From positions 17,376 through 81,375 of the forward strand of contig CAVQLW010000010.1 in NCBI GenBank assembly GCA_963713485.1: a DNA stretch of 64,000 nt. Direction: 5' to 3'. Source of the DNA: Candidatus Dormiibacterota bacterium. Its GTDB lineage: Bacteria > Chloroflexota > Dormibacteria > Aeolococcales > Aeolococcaceae. Within the stretch, counting starts at the first letter, position 1, and the number at the start of each line of letters is the position of its first letter. The position numbers were made by a program, and so were the translations under genes. Under the pieces are notes generated by a model, which worked only from the letters and a program-made list of their open reading frames with translations, did not search any database and was not told the origin of the DNA. Shown here one piece after another: positions 52,330 to 63,262 of this stretch.

Positions 52330-53198
52330 GTTCAATCGGGTTGGTATGCCGTGACGATGCGCGTCGAACCACCATGGCCGTCCTCGGCCTGTCCTGCTCG
52401 ATCCGCATGGTCAGGGATCGCTCATCGGCCCGGAACGCCGCCAGGACGAGGAGCAGACCTCGCCAGCTGCCCTCGCCCGGGACCTGCCAGCTGCTCCAGC
52501 CCACGACGTCATCGGCGTCTCCGGCCACACGCTGCCATCCGGCAGCGGCGAGCTGCTGCGCGAAATGGGCCTCCAGGTCGGCAACCGTCCGATCGGTGAA
52601 CACCCTTGCGTCCGAGGTCCATCGCCCGGTGGAACCACCGGCGCCGAGGGCTTCGAAACGGACGTTTGACGGCGCTCGCAACAGTGGCATCCGCTCAGCC
52701 CCCGAAGACGCGCCGAAGTCACGGCCCGACGACATCTGGCGAGGCATGTCCCAGTCGAGCCGCATGCGCACATCCGTTGATGGTCGCCGTCGCGCGCGGT
52801 GGCCGCGATCATGAGAATGGGCCCCTGCGTCCCCGGCGCGGAGTATCCGCCCCTCGGCCAGTCTCGAGGCGGCAAACCCGCCGTGCACAGGGCCCGGGGT
52901 CTGGTAGATGCGCCACCCTCGCTCAGCCAGATCGGTCTCGCAGGCGGCGAGAATCGAGGCCGGGTTCCTGTCAGAGTCCAGCACCGCCTCGATGAGGGTC
53001 GGACGCCCGGATCGCATGCGCAGCACGCTCCCGAGCAGCGTCGAACCGGCCGGCAGCGGAATATCCCCCCAGAGCGTCGTCGGGCAACCGCCTCAGGAAC
53101 ACCTCGACCGATGTCGGGCCTTCAGGGTGTGGGTGGAGGAGCAGCCGCTCCGCCAACTGCTTCATGGCGAGCGCATCGGAGGCCGGATCAGGTGCCAT
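52330..53198 (-). CDS. Hypothetical protein, several apparent frameshifts
   Basis: Protein-like segments across frames (LAERLL..., IPLPAGSTLLGS, LEAHFAQQLAAAGWQR); boundaries approximate. Confidence 0.45.
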
Positions 53199-53362
53199 CG
53201 CAACTCCCTTCGCGACAGGGTCGAACGCCCTTGCGGATGAAGCCTACCGCGTCCCGAGGTCGCGCTCGGAGTGCGGGCAGCCGGATCGACGATCCACATG
53301 GAGGCGGGGCGACCGTCACCAGATTGCCATCCGCGCGGCCGGTCAAGGGTGAGAATGCTCGC

Positions 53363-56299
53363 GTGCGCCGATTCCTGATCATCCTGGCGGCTCTGGCGCC
53401 GGTGCTCAGCTTCAGCCAGGCGTCGGCCGACTGGACGACCTACCACGGCAACAACACCCGCCAGGGCGACGACACCACGGATCAGGCGCTGGCCGGCACG
53501 GCGCCGTGGACCTCGCAGGCGTTGGATGGCGACCTGTACGGCCAGCCCCTGATCGTGGGGAACCAGGTCATCGTTGCCACCGAGAACGACACCGTCTATT
53601 CCCTCAATGCGACGACCGGTGCGAAGCAATGGAGTACAAGCATCGGTACGCCGCGCACCGACAACTTCCCGTGCGGCGACATCATGCCGCTCGGCATCAC
53701 CGGAACCCCGGCGATTGACGCGGGCAACATCTACGTCGTCGCCGAGATCGAGGACAGCCCGACCCACTTCGAATTCGACCTTGTCACGCTGACGCTGGCC
53801 GGCGCGATCACGCGGCAGATCAACATCGACCCCGGCAACCGTAGCGGCATCAACTTCGACGCGAACTACCAGCAGCAGCGTGGCGCACTGACCGTGGCGG
53901 GCGGCCAGGTGTACGCGACGCTCGGGGGCCTCGCCGGCGACTGCACCAATCCGGACAACGCCACCGACGGGTATCGCGGGTATGTCATGTCGTACCCCGA
54001 GACGGGAAGCGGAACGGTGCAGTGGTGGGCGTCCGCGGCTGACAACTCGACGGACATGGAGGCCGGCGCGTGGGCAGCCGGCGGCGCCTCGATCGACGCG
54101 AGCGGGGACGTGTACGTCGCCACCGGGAACAGCAATCACACCAACAGCACCGATGCCTACGACGACAGCGATGCGGTCGTGAAGCTCGCACCCACCACGC
54201 TGGGTCTCGTCGACTACTTCGCTCCGAGCGGCGTCACGGACGCGAACCATGACGGCGGTCCCACCTGGTGGGAGGACAACGCGAGCGACGCTGATCTTGG
54301 ATCAACCACTCCACTGCAGCTGCCATCCAACCGCGTCTTCGAGGTGGGCAAGAGCGGCATGGGCTACCTGCTCGACAGCACCGGCCTCGGACACATCAGC
54401 GGCGGGATCGCGTCGCACCAGGTGTGCTCGGCGACCAGCGACGCTGCGTTCGGCAGCCTGGCCTACGCGCTGGTTGCCGGAGTTGAGACCGTGTTCGTGG
54501 GATGCAGCGACGGGCTTCAGGCAGTGCAGATCGCGGCTTCGAACAACAACTTCACTCTCGGCTGGCACAACACGAGCCAGGCGTCGGATAAACCACCGAT
54601 CGTGGTGGGTGGCGGTGTCTGGGCGGTGAGCGCTGGGGGCAGTACGCTGTACCAGTACGACGCCGGCACCGGGAATGCGCTCGCCGGCTACCCCATCAGC
54701 GGCAGCAACCACTTCACATCGCCGTCCGCATCCAACGGCATGATCTTCGTGGAAGGTGGCGACACGGTGAGCGCGGTACCCGCCGGCCCGAACATCACGG
54801 CCGTCACACCTGCTGCGGGTCCGACTGCAGGCGGCCAGACGGTGACCGTCTCCGGTGTCGGGTTCAAGGCAGGGATGACAGCAACGATAGGAGGCGTCTC
54901 GGTGTCGCCAGCCTCGATCACGGCCACGTCGTTCACCTTCGCGACGCCGCCGGACTCCGCGGGGTATGTGAGCGTGCAGGTCTCGGATTCACTGGGCACG
55001 AGCCCGCTCAGCGCGGGGGCCGGGTACATCTTCACGAGCCTTGCCAACTACATCCCGGTCACGCCCTTCCGCATCCTTGACACCAGGCCGGGCTCGTGCG
55101 TCCAGTGTGGCGCAGGGAGCCTGGGTCCAGGAGCCACGCGGACCGTGCAGATCAGCGGCGTCACGGGCTTACCGGGCGGCACGGATCCCGTCCCCACCAC
55201 CGCGACCGCCGTCGTGATCAATACCGTAGCCGTGGATGACAACTCCCCAAGCCTGCTCACCCTGTTTCCCAACGGCACGGGACGTCCGCAGGCTTCGAAT
55301 CTCAACTTCACAGCACACAGCACGACAGCGAACCTCGTTACCGTCACGCTCGGGCAGAACGACGCGTCGGACACCCAGCGCGAGGTGAGCATCTTCAACG
55401 CGCTCGGGACGGTGAACGTGGTCGCGGACGTCGAGGGATATTTCGAACCTGAACCGTCGAGCGACCCGGCCGGCGAGTTTCATCCGATGACCCCGGTCCG
55501 AGTGTGTGACACGCGTGGTGCCTGCGGTTCCCTCGCCGCCCTGCGCGCCGGCACCGCTGTCAGGGTCGGGGTCACCGGAGCGAGCGGGGTCCCGGGCGAT
55601 GGCAGCGCCGAGGCCGCCGTACTCAATCTGACCGGTGTGGCACCGACAGCATCGACGCTCCTGAGCGTCTTTCCTACCAACGGGAGCGGCGGATGCACGT
55701 ACGGCGGGGCGCACGCGCCGCCGTTCTCGACGCTCAACCTGCCGGCCGGAGCGGTCGAGGCGAATCGCGTCATGGTTGGGCTGGGACCGTCGAGCCCGGG
55801 TGGGCACGCAACATCCGTCTGCATCTACAACGCCGTGGGCACGATCAACGTGGTCCTCGATGTCAACGGCTGGTTCGGGGGAGGATCCGCAGCGGCAGGG
55901 GCTCAGTACCAGGCGATCGGGCCAAGTCGCGTTTGCGACACCCGGCCGGCATCGCACCTGCCGTGTGCAGGGCAGACGCTGGGCAAGGGCACGGTGCGGA
56001 CGGTGGTCGTTGCCGGCGTAGGCGGCGTGCCGCCGCCGACCACCGCCAGCCCTGCGCTTGCGGTGATCGCCAACCTGACCGCGGTCCTGCCGAGCCAGCC
56101 AACGTATCTCATCATCTATCCCGCAAACCTGCGCACACCGCACGTGTCGGACGTCAACGTGAGCGTCGGCCAAGCCCTGCCGAATCTCGCGGTGGTGCAA
56201 CTCGACACCACCGGCGACTCGCATGACGGCGATGTCAATCTCTACAACAGCGTCGGGAGCGTCAACGCGGTGGTCGACATCGAGGGTTGGTTTCAGTAA
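53363..56299 (+). CDS. Secreted PQQ-like beta-propeller / IPT-TIG / triple C-terminal repeat surface protein
   Basis: Signal peptide ..QASA-DWTTYHGNNTRQG, propeller repeats, PNITAVTPAAGPTAGGQTVTVSG (IPT), three PxRxxDTR repeats. Confidence 0.82.
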   Translation: MRRFLIILAALAPVLSFSQASADWTTYHGNNTRQGDDTTDQALAGTAPWTSQALDGDLYGQPLIVGNQVIVATENDTVYSLNATTGAKQWSTSIGTPRTDNFPCGDIMPLGITGTPAIDAGNIYVVAEIEDSPTHFEFDLVTLTLAGAITRQINIDPGNRSGINFDANYQQQRGALTVAGGQVYATLGGLAGDCTNPDNATDGYRGYVMSYPETGSGTVQWWASAADNSTDMEAGAWAAGGASIDASGDVYVATGNSNHTNSTDAYDDSDAVVKLAPTTLGLVDYFAPSGVTDANHDGGPTWWEDNASDADLGSTTPLQLPSNRVFEVGKSGMGYLLDSTGLGHISGGIASHQVCSATSDAAFGSLAYALVAGVETVFVGCSDGLQAVQIAASNNNFTLGWHNTSQASDKPPIVVGGGVWAVSAGGSTLYQYDAGTGNALAGYPISGSNHFTSPSASNGMIFVEGGDTVSAVPAGPNITAVTPAAGPTAGGQTVTVSGVGFKAGMTATIGGVSVSPASITATSFTFATPPDSAGYVSVQVSDSLGTSPLSAGAGYIFTSLANYIPVTPFRILDTRPGSCVQCGAGSLGPGATRTVQISGVTGLPGGTDPVPTTATAVVINTVAVDDNSPSLLTLFPNGTGRPQASNLNFTAHSTTANLVTVTLGQNDASDTQREVSIFNALGTVNVVADVEGYFEPEPSSDPAGEFHPMTPVRVCDTRGACGSLAALRAGTAVRVGVTGASGVPGDGSAEAAVLNLTGVAPTASTLLSVFPTNGSGGCTYGGAHAPPFSTLNLPAGAVEANRVMVGLGPSSPGGHATSVCIYNAVGTINVVLDVNGWFGGGSAAAGAQYQAIGPSRVCDTRPASHLPCAGQTLGKGTVRTVVVAGVGGVPPPTTASPALAVIANLTAVLPSQPTYLIIYPANLRTPHVSDVNVSVGQALPNLAVVQLDTTGDSHDGDVNLYNSVGSVNAVVDIEGWFQ
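55049..56296 (+). repeat. Three ~140-aa protein repeats (PxRxxDTR ... VNVVxDVxGxF)
   Basis: YIPVTPFRILDTR/FHPMTPVRVCDTR/YQAIGPSRVCDTR, each ending VNVVADVEGYF/INVVLDVNGWF/VNAVVDIEGWF. Confidence 0.8.
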
Positions 56300-56307
56300 G
56301 GAGACGG

Positions 56308-57123
56308 CTAGCGCCTGCGGCCGATGACCCACGCGGTCATGGCGCAGCCCGCAGCCGTCCAGGCCGCCAGCACGATGAACGACGTCGCGACCTGGGTCTC
56401 GATGCCGCTCGTCAGGCCGGCCCGCATCACGACAGCCATGTTGTAGAAGGGCAGCACCCGGTGCACGTCCAGCAGCCACACGGGCAGCTGGGAGGCGGGA
56501 TACACGATGGGCGAGAAGAGGAGCACCACGAAGATCAGGGCGTTGCAGACCAGGTTCGTCACCATCGGGCTCTTGATCGCCAGCGCCATGCCGTAGCCCA
56601 CCGTGATCGAGACGAGCGCACATGCCAGGGCGGCGGGAATCAGGAGCGGAGAGATCGACAGCGGCACGTCGTACCGCCAGACCGCCACCAGCAGTGCCAG
56701 CGCGGTGCCGGGCAGTGCGAGCAGCGTGTAGAGCAGGAACGTCGATGCCGCCTGAGCGCTGCGCGGCGCCGGCATCGACCAGATGTACTCGAAGGTCCCT
56801 TCGAGCTTCTGCTGCACGATCCCTCCTGGCAGCATCACGAAGCCGAGCGGGATGAGTGCGAGGGTCGGGGCGCCCGTCGCGATGAACAGCGCGCGGCTCG
56901 CGGTGACCTGGGGATAGAAGAACCCGTACATGATCACCATGCCCGCGCCCATCGACATCTGGATCAGCACCATCATCGCGGCCCACTCGCGCATGCGCCC
57001 GAAGTCGAAGCGCAGCATCGTGACCAGGCTCGCGAGCCAGTAGCTCACACCGGAGCGCAGCTCGCTGCGGTGCTGCATCTCGGTCGGGCGAAATGGGTCG
57101 GCGAGGGTCGAGAGCGCGGTCAC
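56308..57123 (-). CDS. ABC-2 type permease
   Basis: About 6 TM, QKLEGTFEYIWSMP, FSPIVYPASQLP. Confidence 0.88.
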   Translation of the reverse strand: MTALSTLADPFRPTEMQHRSELRSGVSYWLASLVTMLRFDFGRMREWAAMMVLIQMSMGAGMVIMYGFFYPQVTASRALFIATGAPTLALIPLGFVMLPGGIVQQKLEGTFEYIWSMPAPRSAQAASTFLLYTLLALPGTALALLVAVWRYDVPLSISPLLIPAALACALVSITVGYGMALAIKSPMVTNLVCNALIFVVLLFSPIVYPASQLPVWLLDVHRVLPFYNMAVVMRAGLTSGIETQVATSFIVLAAWTAAGCAMTAWVIGRRR

Positions 57124-57932
57124 TGCCGTCGCCCCAACACCCAGCCGGCGGCGGCGGCGGAGGCGACCACCCACACGCCGAGCACGAGGTATGCCTGCGT
57201 CACCGTGCTGTCCGGCACCGAGGTGAGCGCGGCGCGAATGATCACCGCCATATGCCGGAACGGGAACCACCAGTTGAGATCGGCGAGCCAGCCCGGCATC
57301 TGCGTGATCGGAAAGAGGATGGGCGCGAACCCGAAGATCACGAACACGCACAGCTGCGTGATCAGCCGCGTTGCCATGGGGCTGCCGATGGCATGGGCGA
57401 GGGCGTAGCCGAGCATCGTGCCGGCGAGCGCGGTGGCCAGCACCGCGGGGACGATCATCGGTGAGATGTGCAGCGGCAGGTCGTACCGAAGCTGCGCGAC
57501 CACGAGCGACACGATCATCGCCGGGATCCCGCCGATGAGGCACACGGTGTACCACGCGGCGGCGCTCACAGACCGGCTCACCGGCATCGAGCGGAGGTAC
57601 TCGTAGCTGCCGCTCGACTTCTGATCCGCGACGAGTTGGGGCCCGAGGATGAGGCCGACCATCAGGAGGTTGATGACCGGAACGCCGGTCGACACGAACA
57701 GTGCAGCGGTGACGGGGATGTGGGCGAAGAACAGCGAGATACCGAGCACGAAGCCGACCCCCGACAGCACCTGCACCACGGTGAGCACCATCAGCCACAG
57801 ACGCAGGCTGACCAGATGCCAGCGGAGCATCGACGCGTAGTCGCGAGTCCAGCGATCGACCCCGCGAGTGACGGTGCTCTGTGGAGCGATGAACGCGGTC
57901 GCCGCCGCGTCAATCATCCTCGCGGTCTCCAT
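57120..57932 (-). CDS. ABC-2 type permease
   Basis: About 6 TM, QKSSGSYEYLRSMP, FAPILFPITQMP; paralogous to the next gene. Confidence 0.88.
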   Translation of the reverse strand: METARMIDAAATAFIAPQSTVTRGVDRWTRDYASMLRWHLVSLRLWLMVLTVVQVLSGVGFVLGISLFFAHIPVTAALFVSTGVPVINLLMVGLILGPQLVADQKSSGSYEYLRSMPVSRSVSAAAWYTVCLIGGIPAMIVSLVVAQLRYDLPLHISPMIVPAVLATALAGTMLGYALAHAIGSPMATRLITQLCVFVIFGFAPILFPITQMPGWLADLNWWFPFRHMAVIIRAALTSVPDSTVTQAYLVLGVWVVASAAAAGWVLGRRQ

Positions 57933-58920
57933 CAGTCGACATGTGCGAGGTCAATCTGATGTAGGCGTCCTCGAGGGTGGTGGCGCCCAGCGCGTACTCC
58001 TCCGCGACGCCCGCGTCGATCAGCGACGCGGCCCAGGCGATGCCTGCCGACGCGTCGCGCTCGGCGATCGTGGTCACCAGGTTGTGTCCGACGCGGACCG
58101 GAGACGCCGACCACTCGGGCATCGGCGGCGTCTCGCTTCCAGGCGCGAGCATCACCTGGAGCCGCAGCTGCGACCGATCAGCTTCCTTCAGCGACGACGG
58201 CGTTCCCTCGGCGACCAGCTTGCCGCCGGCGATCACCGCCAGCCGGTCGACCGACTTCTCCGCCTCGAGCACGTTGTGGGTGACGAGCAGCACGGCACAG
58301 CCATGCGCGCCAAGCGTCCGGATCTGCTCCCACAACATGCGACGCCGCAGGGGATCGACATCGTTGGTGGGCTCGTCGAGGATCACCACGCGCCCCGGAC
58401 ACACCGTGGCCATGCAGAACCCCACGAGGCGCTTGACCCCGCCGGAGAGACTGGCGCCCATCGTCCTCTGCCACTCGCCGAGATCGAGCGCGTCGATGAG
58501 CGCGGCGGTCCGCTCCCGGACCGCAGCTCCATGGCCGCCGCGGATGCGGCCGGCCAGCTCGATCGCTTCTCTCACGCGAAACGCCTCGATCGGCATCTGT
58601 GCCTGCGGCAGGTATGAGCAGAGCTGGCGTGCGGCATCCGGATCGGCGACGAGGTCGTAGCGGCCGAGGAAGATCGTTCCCGACGTCGGCTTGAGCAGTC
58701 CGATCGTCTGACGGACCAGCGTCGACTTCCCCGCGCCGTTGGGGCCGAGCAGGCCATACACCTCGCCGGGTTCGACGCGGAGCGTGACGTCATCGTTGGC
58801 GGCGAGCGTGCCGAATCGCTTGGTCAGGTGGTCGACCCTGAAGGACCAGTCGTCGGTGCGCGGTGCTGCCGCTGATGCGTCGTGACGCGCGACCCTCGCG
58901 GGTCGCTCCGCTACCGCCAT
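57910..58920 (-). CDS. ABC exporter ATP-binding protein
   Basis: GPNGAGKST, LSGGVKR, ILDEPTND, VTH. Confidence 0.93.
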   Translation of the reverse strand: MAVAERPARVARHDASAAAPRTDDWSFRVDHLTKRFGTLAANDDVTLRVEPGEVYGLLGPNGAGKSTLVRQTIGLLKPTSGTIFLGRYDLVADPDAARQLCSYLPQAQMPIEAFRVREAIELAGRIRGGHGAAVRERTAALIDALDLGEWQRTMGASLSGGVKRLVGFCMATVCPGRVVILDEPTNDVDPLRRRMLWEQIRTLGAHGCAVLLVTHNVLEAEKSVDRLAVIAGGKLVAEGTPSSLKEADRSQLRLQVMLAPGSETPPMPEWSASPVRVGHNLVTTIAERDASAGIAWAASLIDAGVAEEYALGATTLEDAYIRLTSHMSTDGDREDD

Positions 58921-59438
58921 GACCCGGCACCCGCGGAGGGCACAGGAGTCTTCGTCGCGAGCTTCAGCCATGTGGCGATCGCCATCGCCCAGGCGTCGAT
59001 GTCCTCCCATTTCCGGTAATCGCCGTAGGGCGCCTTCACCGCTCTGATCATCATTCGCTCGGACAGGGACAGCTGCTTCTTGTCGAGGGCGCCGGCAAAC
59101 GTGCGGTGGTCCTTCACGTCGAACTGCTTGCGGTATATGGCGACCTCCGCGGCTTCGGGCAGCACCCTGGGACCCACCGGGCCGCTGTCGAACAACCACA
59201 GCGGCCGGAGCTCGAGCTGGGGCTGCAGCCGGTGGACGAAGTCCGTCGCATCCTTCATCCAGTGGCCCATATACACGGCGCTGCCGAGGAGCACCGCCTC
59301 CCAGCCGTTGATGTCTCGCACGGCTGAGGCCCGCAGCGCCCGTGCCTCGTGGCCGGCGCCGCGCAGCGTCGCTGCGATGCGTTCAGCGATCTCCGCCGTG
59401 GAACCGTGTTTGCTCGCATAGGCGACGAGTGTGCTCAT
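58911..59438 (-). CDS. Flavodoxin-domain protein (HemG-like)
   Basis: LVAYASKHGSTAEIA, GSAVYMGHW, WLFDSGP, FAGAL, GDYRKW. Confidence 0.88.
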   Translation of the reverse strand: MSTLVAYASKHGSTAEIAERIAATLRGAGHEARALRASAVRDINGWEAVLLGSAVYMGHWMKDATDFVHRLQPQLELRPLWLFDSGPVGPRVLPEAAEVAIYRKQFDVKDHRTFAGALDKKQLSLSERMMIRAVKAPYGDYRKWEDIDAWAMAIATWLKLATKTPVPSAGAGSWR

Positions 59439-59715
59439 GCCGCGCTCCTTCTCCCCGAGGCGGGTCGTGGACGGCGGTCGCCCCGCCAATCCACGGCTCC
59501 CTCCGGTGCGGGTCGACGAAGTGCGGACGCCCGGCCACAACAAATTCGCCGACGTTCGGTCTCACGCCTTCATGCTGCGATCGCGCTCGGAGGGCCCAAT
59601 AGGGCCATCCGTCACGAGATTCCGTCGCCCGCCGCTCCCTCCGATCCGAGCCGTAGCAGCATCTCGACACGCCCGGGCATTCGAGGTTCGCAGGGCGGGC
59701 AGAGAATCGAGGCAC

Positions 59716-60544
59716 ATGGCGATGACATCACCCCCCGCGCGCCCGGCCCGGTCTCGCGCGATCCCGCTCGTGGCGATCGCCGGGCTGCTCATCGCCGGCT
59801 TCGGCGTCTTCCAGCTCGGCCTCTTCGGCAACCCGGGGTGCGCGCTTCCGGGTGTCACCTGCACGCGCGTGCTCTTCATCGGGGACAGCTACACGTACGT
59901 GAACGATCTCCCGACGACCTTTGCCGACCTCGCCTGGGCCGGGGGTCACCGTGTCGAGACCGGGACCCTCGCCACCGGGGGGGCGACGTTTGCGGACCAC
60001 GTGGCGGATCCGGCAACCGCGCCGATGATCACGTCCAGGGCCTGGAACACGGTTGTCCTGCAGGACCAGAGTGAGGACCCGGCGTTTGCGTCGTACCGGC
60101 AGTCGGAGATGTACCCGGCGCTGGGGCAGCTCACCTCAATGATCCGAGCGGCCGGCGCGCAACCGCTGCTGTTCCTGACGTGGGGTCACGAGTTCGGGGT
60201 GGCCGGAGGCGGGACTGCCCACGTACGCGAGCATGCAGGCGGCGGTCGATGAGGGGTACCTCGGCGCCGCAGCACAGCAGGCCGTGTCCATCGCGCCGGT
60301 GGGAGACGCGTGGCAGCGTGTCGTGGCGCAGCAGGCCAACCCGGAGTTGTGGCAGGGCGACGGCGTGCACCCCACGACGGCGGGAACGTACCTCGCCGCA
60401 TGCGTGTTCTACGCAGCGCTCTTCGACGAGAGCCCGGTGGGGTTGACGTACCGCGACGGCCTTGCCGGGTCGCGTGCCGCGACGTTGCAGCGCGCCGCGG
60501 CCGCCGCGGTCTTCAGCGACCCGACGAAGTGGGGGCTGCGATAA
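59716..60544 (+). CDS. SGNH/GDSL hydrolase-like protein (apparent frameshift ~60195)
   Basis: VLFIGDSYT, VVLQDQS, then in another frame APVGDAW, DGVHP...GTYLAA. Confidence 0.82.
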
Positions 60545-60584
60545 CCCTGGATCCACCCGCTGTCGATAGGCCATCATTGAGGTC

Positions 60585-60977
60585 ATGCTCGTGATCGATG
60601 CCGCTCGCCGGTGGAAGAACACATGGGAGCAGGGCTGGGCCCGAGGGGATGTCGATGCCGTCGCAGCCCTCTACGCACCGTCGGCGACGTATCGGGCCGT
60701 TGCGTTCCGGAAACCCAATCAGGGCATTGCGGGCGTCCGCGAGTATCTGCGTGAGAACTTCGACGCCGAGTCCGAGGTCAGGTGCACATTCGCGGAACCG
60801 ATCGCCGACGCGAACAGTGCCGCGGTGCAGTGGTGGGCGTCATGGATCGAGGATGGCGAAGCGCAGTCCATGGCCGGCGTGACCGTGCTCCGGTTCGACG
60901 ACGAGGGTCTCGTCATCGACCACCGCGATTACTGGAACCAGGATCAGGGTCGCATCGAGCCGTACGAGACCTGGTGA
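60585..60977 (+). CDS. SnoaL/NTF2-like protein
   Basis: W..GDVDAVAALYA, G..GVREY, LRFDDEGLVIDHRDYW. Confidence 0.87.
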   Translation: MLVIDAARRWKNTWEQGWARGDVDAVAALYAPSATYRAVAFRKPNQGIAGVREYLRENFDAESEVRCTFAEPIADANSAAVQWWASWIEDGEAQSMAGVTVLRFDDEGLVIDHRDYWNQDQGRIEPYETW

Positions 60978-60993
60978 CCCGCGGTCGGGGCGG

Positions 60994-62259
60994 TCAGACG
61001 GGTACCGGGGACCGCGATCCGCTGACCGCAAGCGGTGGATCGACAGCGTCGCGAGTGCGCATGTCCCGTGCGGTGATCGCCACGCCGGCCCAGAGTGCGC
61101 ACATCCCGATGAGATTGCACGACGCCGCCGCGACGAAGACCGTGAAGGTGAACGCGTTGTAGGGTGCCGCGACGCCGTGGGCAGCCAGCCAGTTCTCGAG
61201 GACGTGCTGGTTCGCAGTCGCGACAAGCGTCCCGCCGACGGCGAGCACCCACCCCGCCGACCACGTGCGGGTGAACGGCACCACCAGGATCAGCACCAGG
61301 ATCTCCGCGATCAGATGGTGATCCCATGTGACGCCCTGCACGATCGGGATGACCGCCAGCAACCCGGCGATCATCAGAGCGCGGCCGCTCGCGCCGCCAA
61401 CGCCCCGGCAGAGCACCCATGTCGCAACCAGAGCGGCGACCTCGAGTACCAGGAAGACGATGTCGAGCGACGCTCCAGGATGGACGCCGCCCGCCACGAG
61501 CGCACGAAGGATCACGCCCGGCAGTGAGAGATTGTTCAGCGTGACGACTCCGCCCGAGAAGCTCGGCAGCACATGAAAGACGTAGTACGTGGCCTGATCG
61601 GTGAGTGCGAGGCTCAGCAGGCCCGCAGCCGCGAGTCCACCGACGAGTCCGCCGAGTGCCCGATACGCGCTGGGCCGAGGAAGCAGCAAGATGGCCGGCG
61701 CGATCAGCAGCGGTGACACCTTGAACGCAGCCGCCAGCGCCAGGCAGAGCCCGCCGATGAACACGAACCTGTCGCGGATGACGCTGAGCGCGAAGATCGC
61801 CTCGAGCGCAACGACGAGTGGCGTGGCCTGCATCTCGTAGAGGGCAAACGCGACCGATCCCGCGACGAGGAACACGAGCACCAACCAGGCGATGGTCTCG
61901 CGTTTCAGCGGTCGCGGTGCGGCGCGCACCCCTGCAAGCAGCACGACGACGAGCGATGCGTAGCAGACGACCAGCCACACGCGGCCGGCATCGTCGACCG
62001 GCAGCCATGTCAGCGGCACCAGCAGCGCGGCGAAGACCGGCGGGTAGGTGTAGCCGGCCATCGCGGCGACGTTGAAGCAGCATGCAGGCGGCGTGCCGTA
62101 CAGCCGTCCGCCGTGCGTCATCGCGACGGCGGCGCGGTAGTAGACGCCGAAGTCGTGGACGCCGCCCTCGGGGGCGCGCATCTGCTTCACCGCCGCCACC
62201 ACGAAGTACGTGGCGCCCGCAGCCAGCAGCACCGTCAGGATGGCTCTCCGCCACGTCAT
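60994..62259 (-). CDS. GT87 family (DUF2029) membrane glycosyltransferase
   Basis: DFGVYYRAA, YTYPPVFA, LAAAFKVSP, NLSL, WDHH; multi-TM. Confidence 0.85.
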   Translation of the reverse strand: MTWRRAILTVLLAAGATYFVVAAVKQMRAPEGGVHDFGVYYRAAVAMTHGGRLYGTPPACCFNVAAMAGYTYPPVFAALLVPLTWLPVDDAGRVWLVVCYASLVVVLLAGVRAAPRPLKRETIAWLVLVFLVAGSVAFALYEMQATPLVVALEAIFALSVIRDRFVFIGGLCLALAAAFKVSPLLIAPAILLLPRPSAYRALGGLVGGLAAAGLLSLALTDQATYYVFHVLPSFSGGVVTLNNLSLPGVILRALVAGGVHPGASLDIVFLVLEVAALVATWVLCRGVGGASGRALMIAGLLAVIPIVQGVTWDHHLIAEILVLILVVPFTRTWSAGWVLAVGGTLVATANQHVLENWLAAHGVAAPYNAFTFTVFVAAASCNLIGMCALWAGVAITARDMRTRDAVDPPLAVSGSRSPVPV

Positions 62260-62321
62260 CACGCGTGCAGGATGGCACGATGCCTTCCCACGCCGATCAC
62301 CGCCGCAGCCTGGCCCTCCGA

Positions 62322-63086
62322 TCACGACTCCGTGAGCACGAGTGTGCGAACCAGCGCCTTCTGGACGACTCCGTCCGCCTCACGCTTGATCAGCGCATAG
62401 CACTCACACGCCGCCATCCGGAGACCGGCGGGATCGAGAATGGTGATGCGTCCGCGGCGATGGCGGATGAGCCCCGCCTTCTGGAGCGTTTGCACGCTTC
62501 GCCTGACCGAGGTCTCGCTGCAGCCGAGCAGCTGTCCGAGGAATTCCAGCGTCGTCACGAAGCTCATCCCACCGGTCTGATCGTGGCTGGTGAGCAGCCA
62601 CCGCGCCAACCGTTCCTCCGTCGAGTGCAGGCGATTGCAGGCGACGGCCGCCGAGAGCCGGTTGATGATGGCTTGCTCGTAGTCGTCGACCAGCTCACGA
62701 AGATGGATGTCGCCTTCGATCTCGTGGCGGAACGCCACGGCGTCCATTCGATCGACGACGCCTGGGACCGAGCAGACGGCACGGACCGCGAGGGAGCCGC
62801 CCGGTACCAGCGGGATTCCGACAATGCCGTCATTGCCCACGGCGGCCACCTCGACGGTGCGGCCGTCTGCAAGCGGCGTCACGAGCGATTCGACGCAGTC
62901 CCGGGGGAAGTCGACCGAGTCGATGACCTGACCCGGCTCGAAGACCACGGTCCTGAGACTGAGCGCGACCGGTCGCAGCAACGCCGCAAGGTGCTCGCGA
63001 CGAGCATCGGGCAGGGCGCCGAGCAGCCGGTTCGGGACGGTTCCCGTCCCACCGAACTCATCGCTGGTCGCTCCAGATGCCGCCAT
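62322..63086 (-). CDS. Crp/Fnr family transcriptional regulator
   Basis: NRLLGALP, VEVAAVGNDGIVG, ACNRLHSTEERLARWLL, HTH TLEFLGQLLG. Confidence 0.9.
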   Translation of the reverse strand: MAASGATSDEFGGTGTVPNRLLGALPDARREHLAALLRPVALSLRTVVFEPGQVIDSVDFPRDCVESLVTPLADGRTVEVAAVGNDGIVGIPLVPGGSLAVRAVCSVPGVVDRMDAVAFRHEIEGDIHLRELVDDYEQAIINRLSAAVACNRLHSTEERLARWLLTSHDQTGGMSFVTTLEFLGQLLGCSETSVRRSVQTLQKAGLIRHRRGRITILDPAGLRMAACECYALIKREADGVVQKALVRTLVLTES

Positions 63087-63262
63087 GACGATCGCGTCGA
63101 ACGACGTCCTCCAGTGCGCTCCGTCTCGCTTCCGGGTTGGACGGCGCGTGGTCTCTTCGCGCACCCATAGTTAGCGTACCCAGGCTCGCATCCCGCCAAA
63201 TACCGTCGATGGCCCGGCGCTGGGCGACGGCTCAGTGGCGCAACCCCGGTACCCTCGACTGG

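Noticed and set aside
52799-53362. N-terminal extension of the 1166-aa ORF
   Set aside because: It overlaps an opposite-strand gene; the signal peptide starts at GTG 53363.
62322-63086. Crp/Fnr protein as part of the cyclase circuit
   Set aside because: It lies over 20 kb away and lacks a clear GE...R phosphate-binding cassette.
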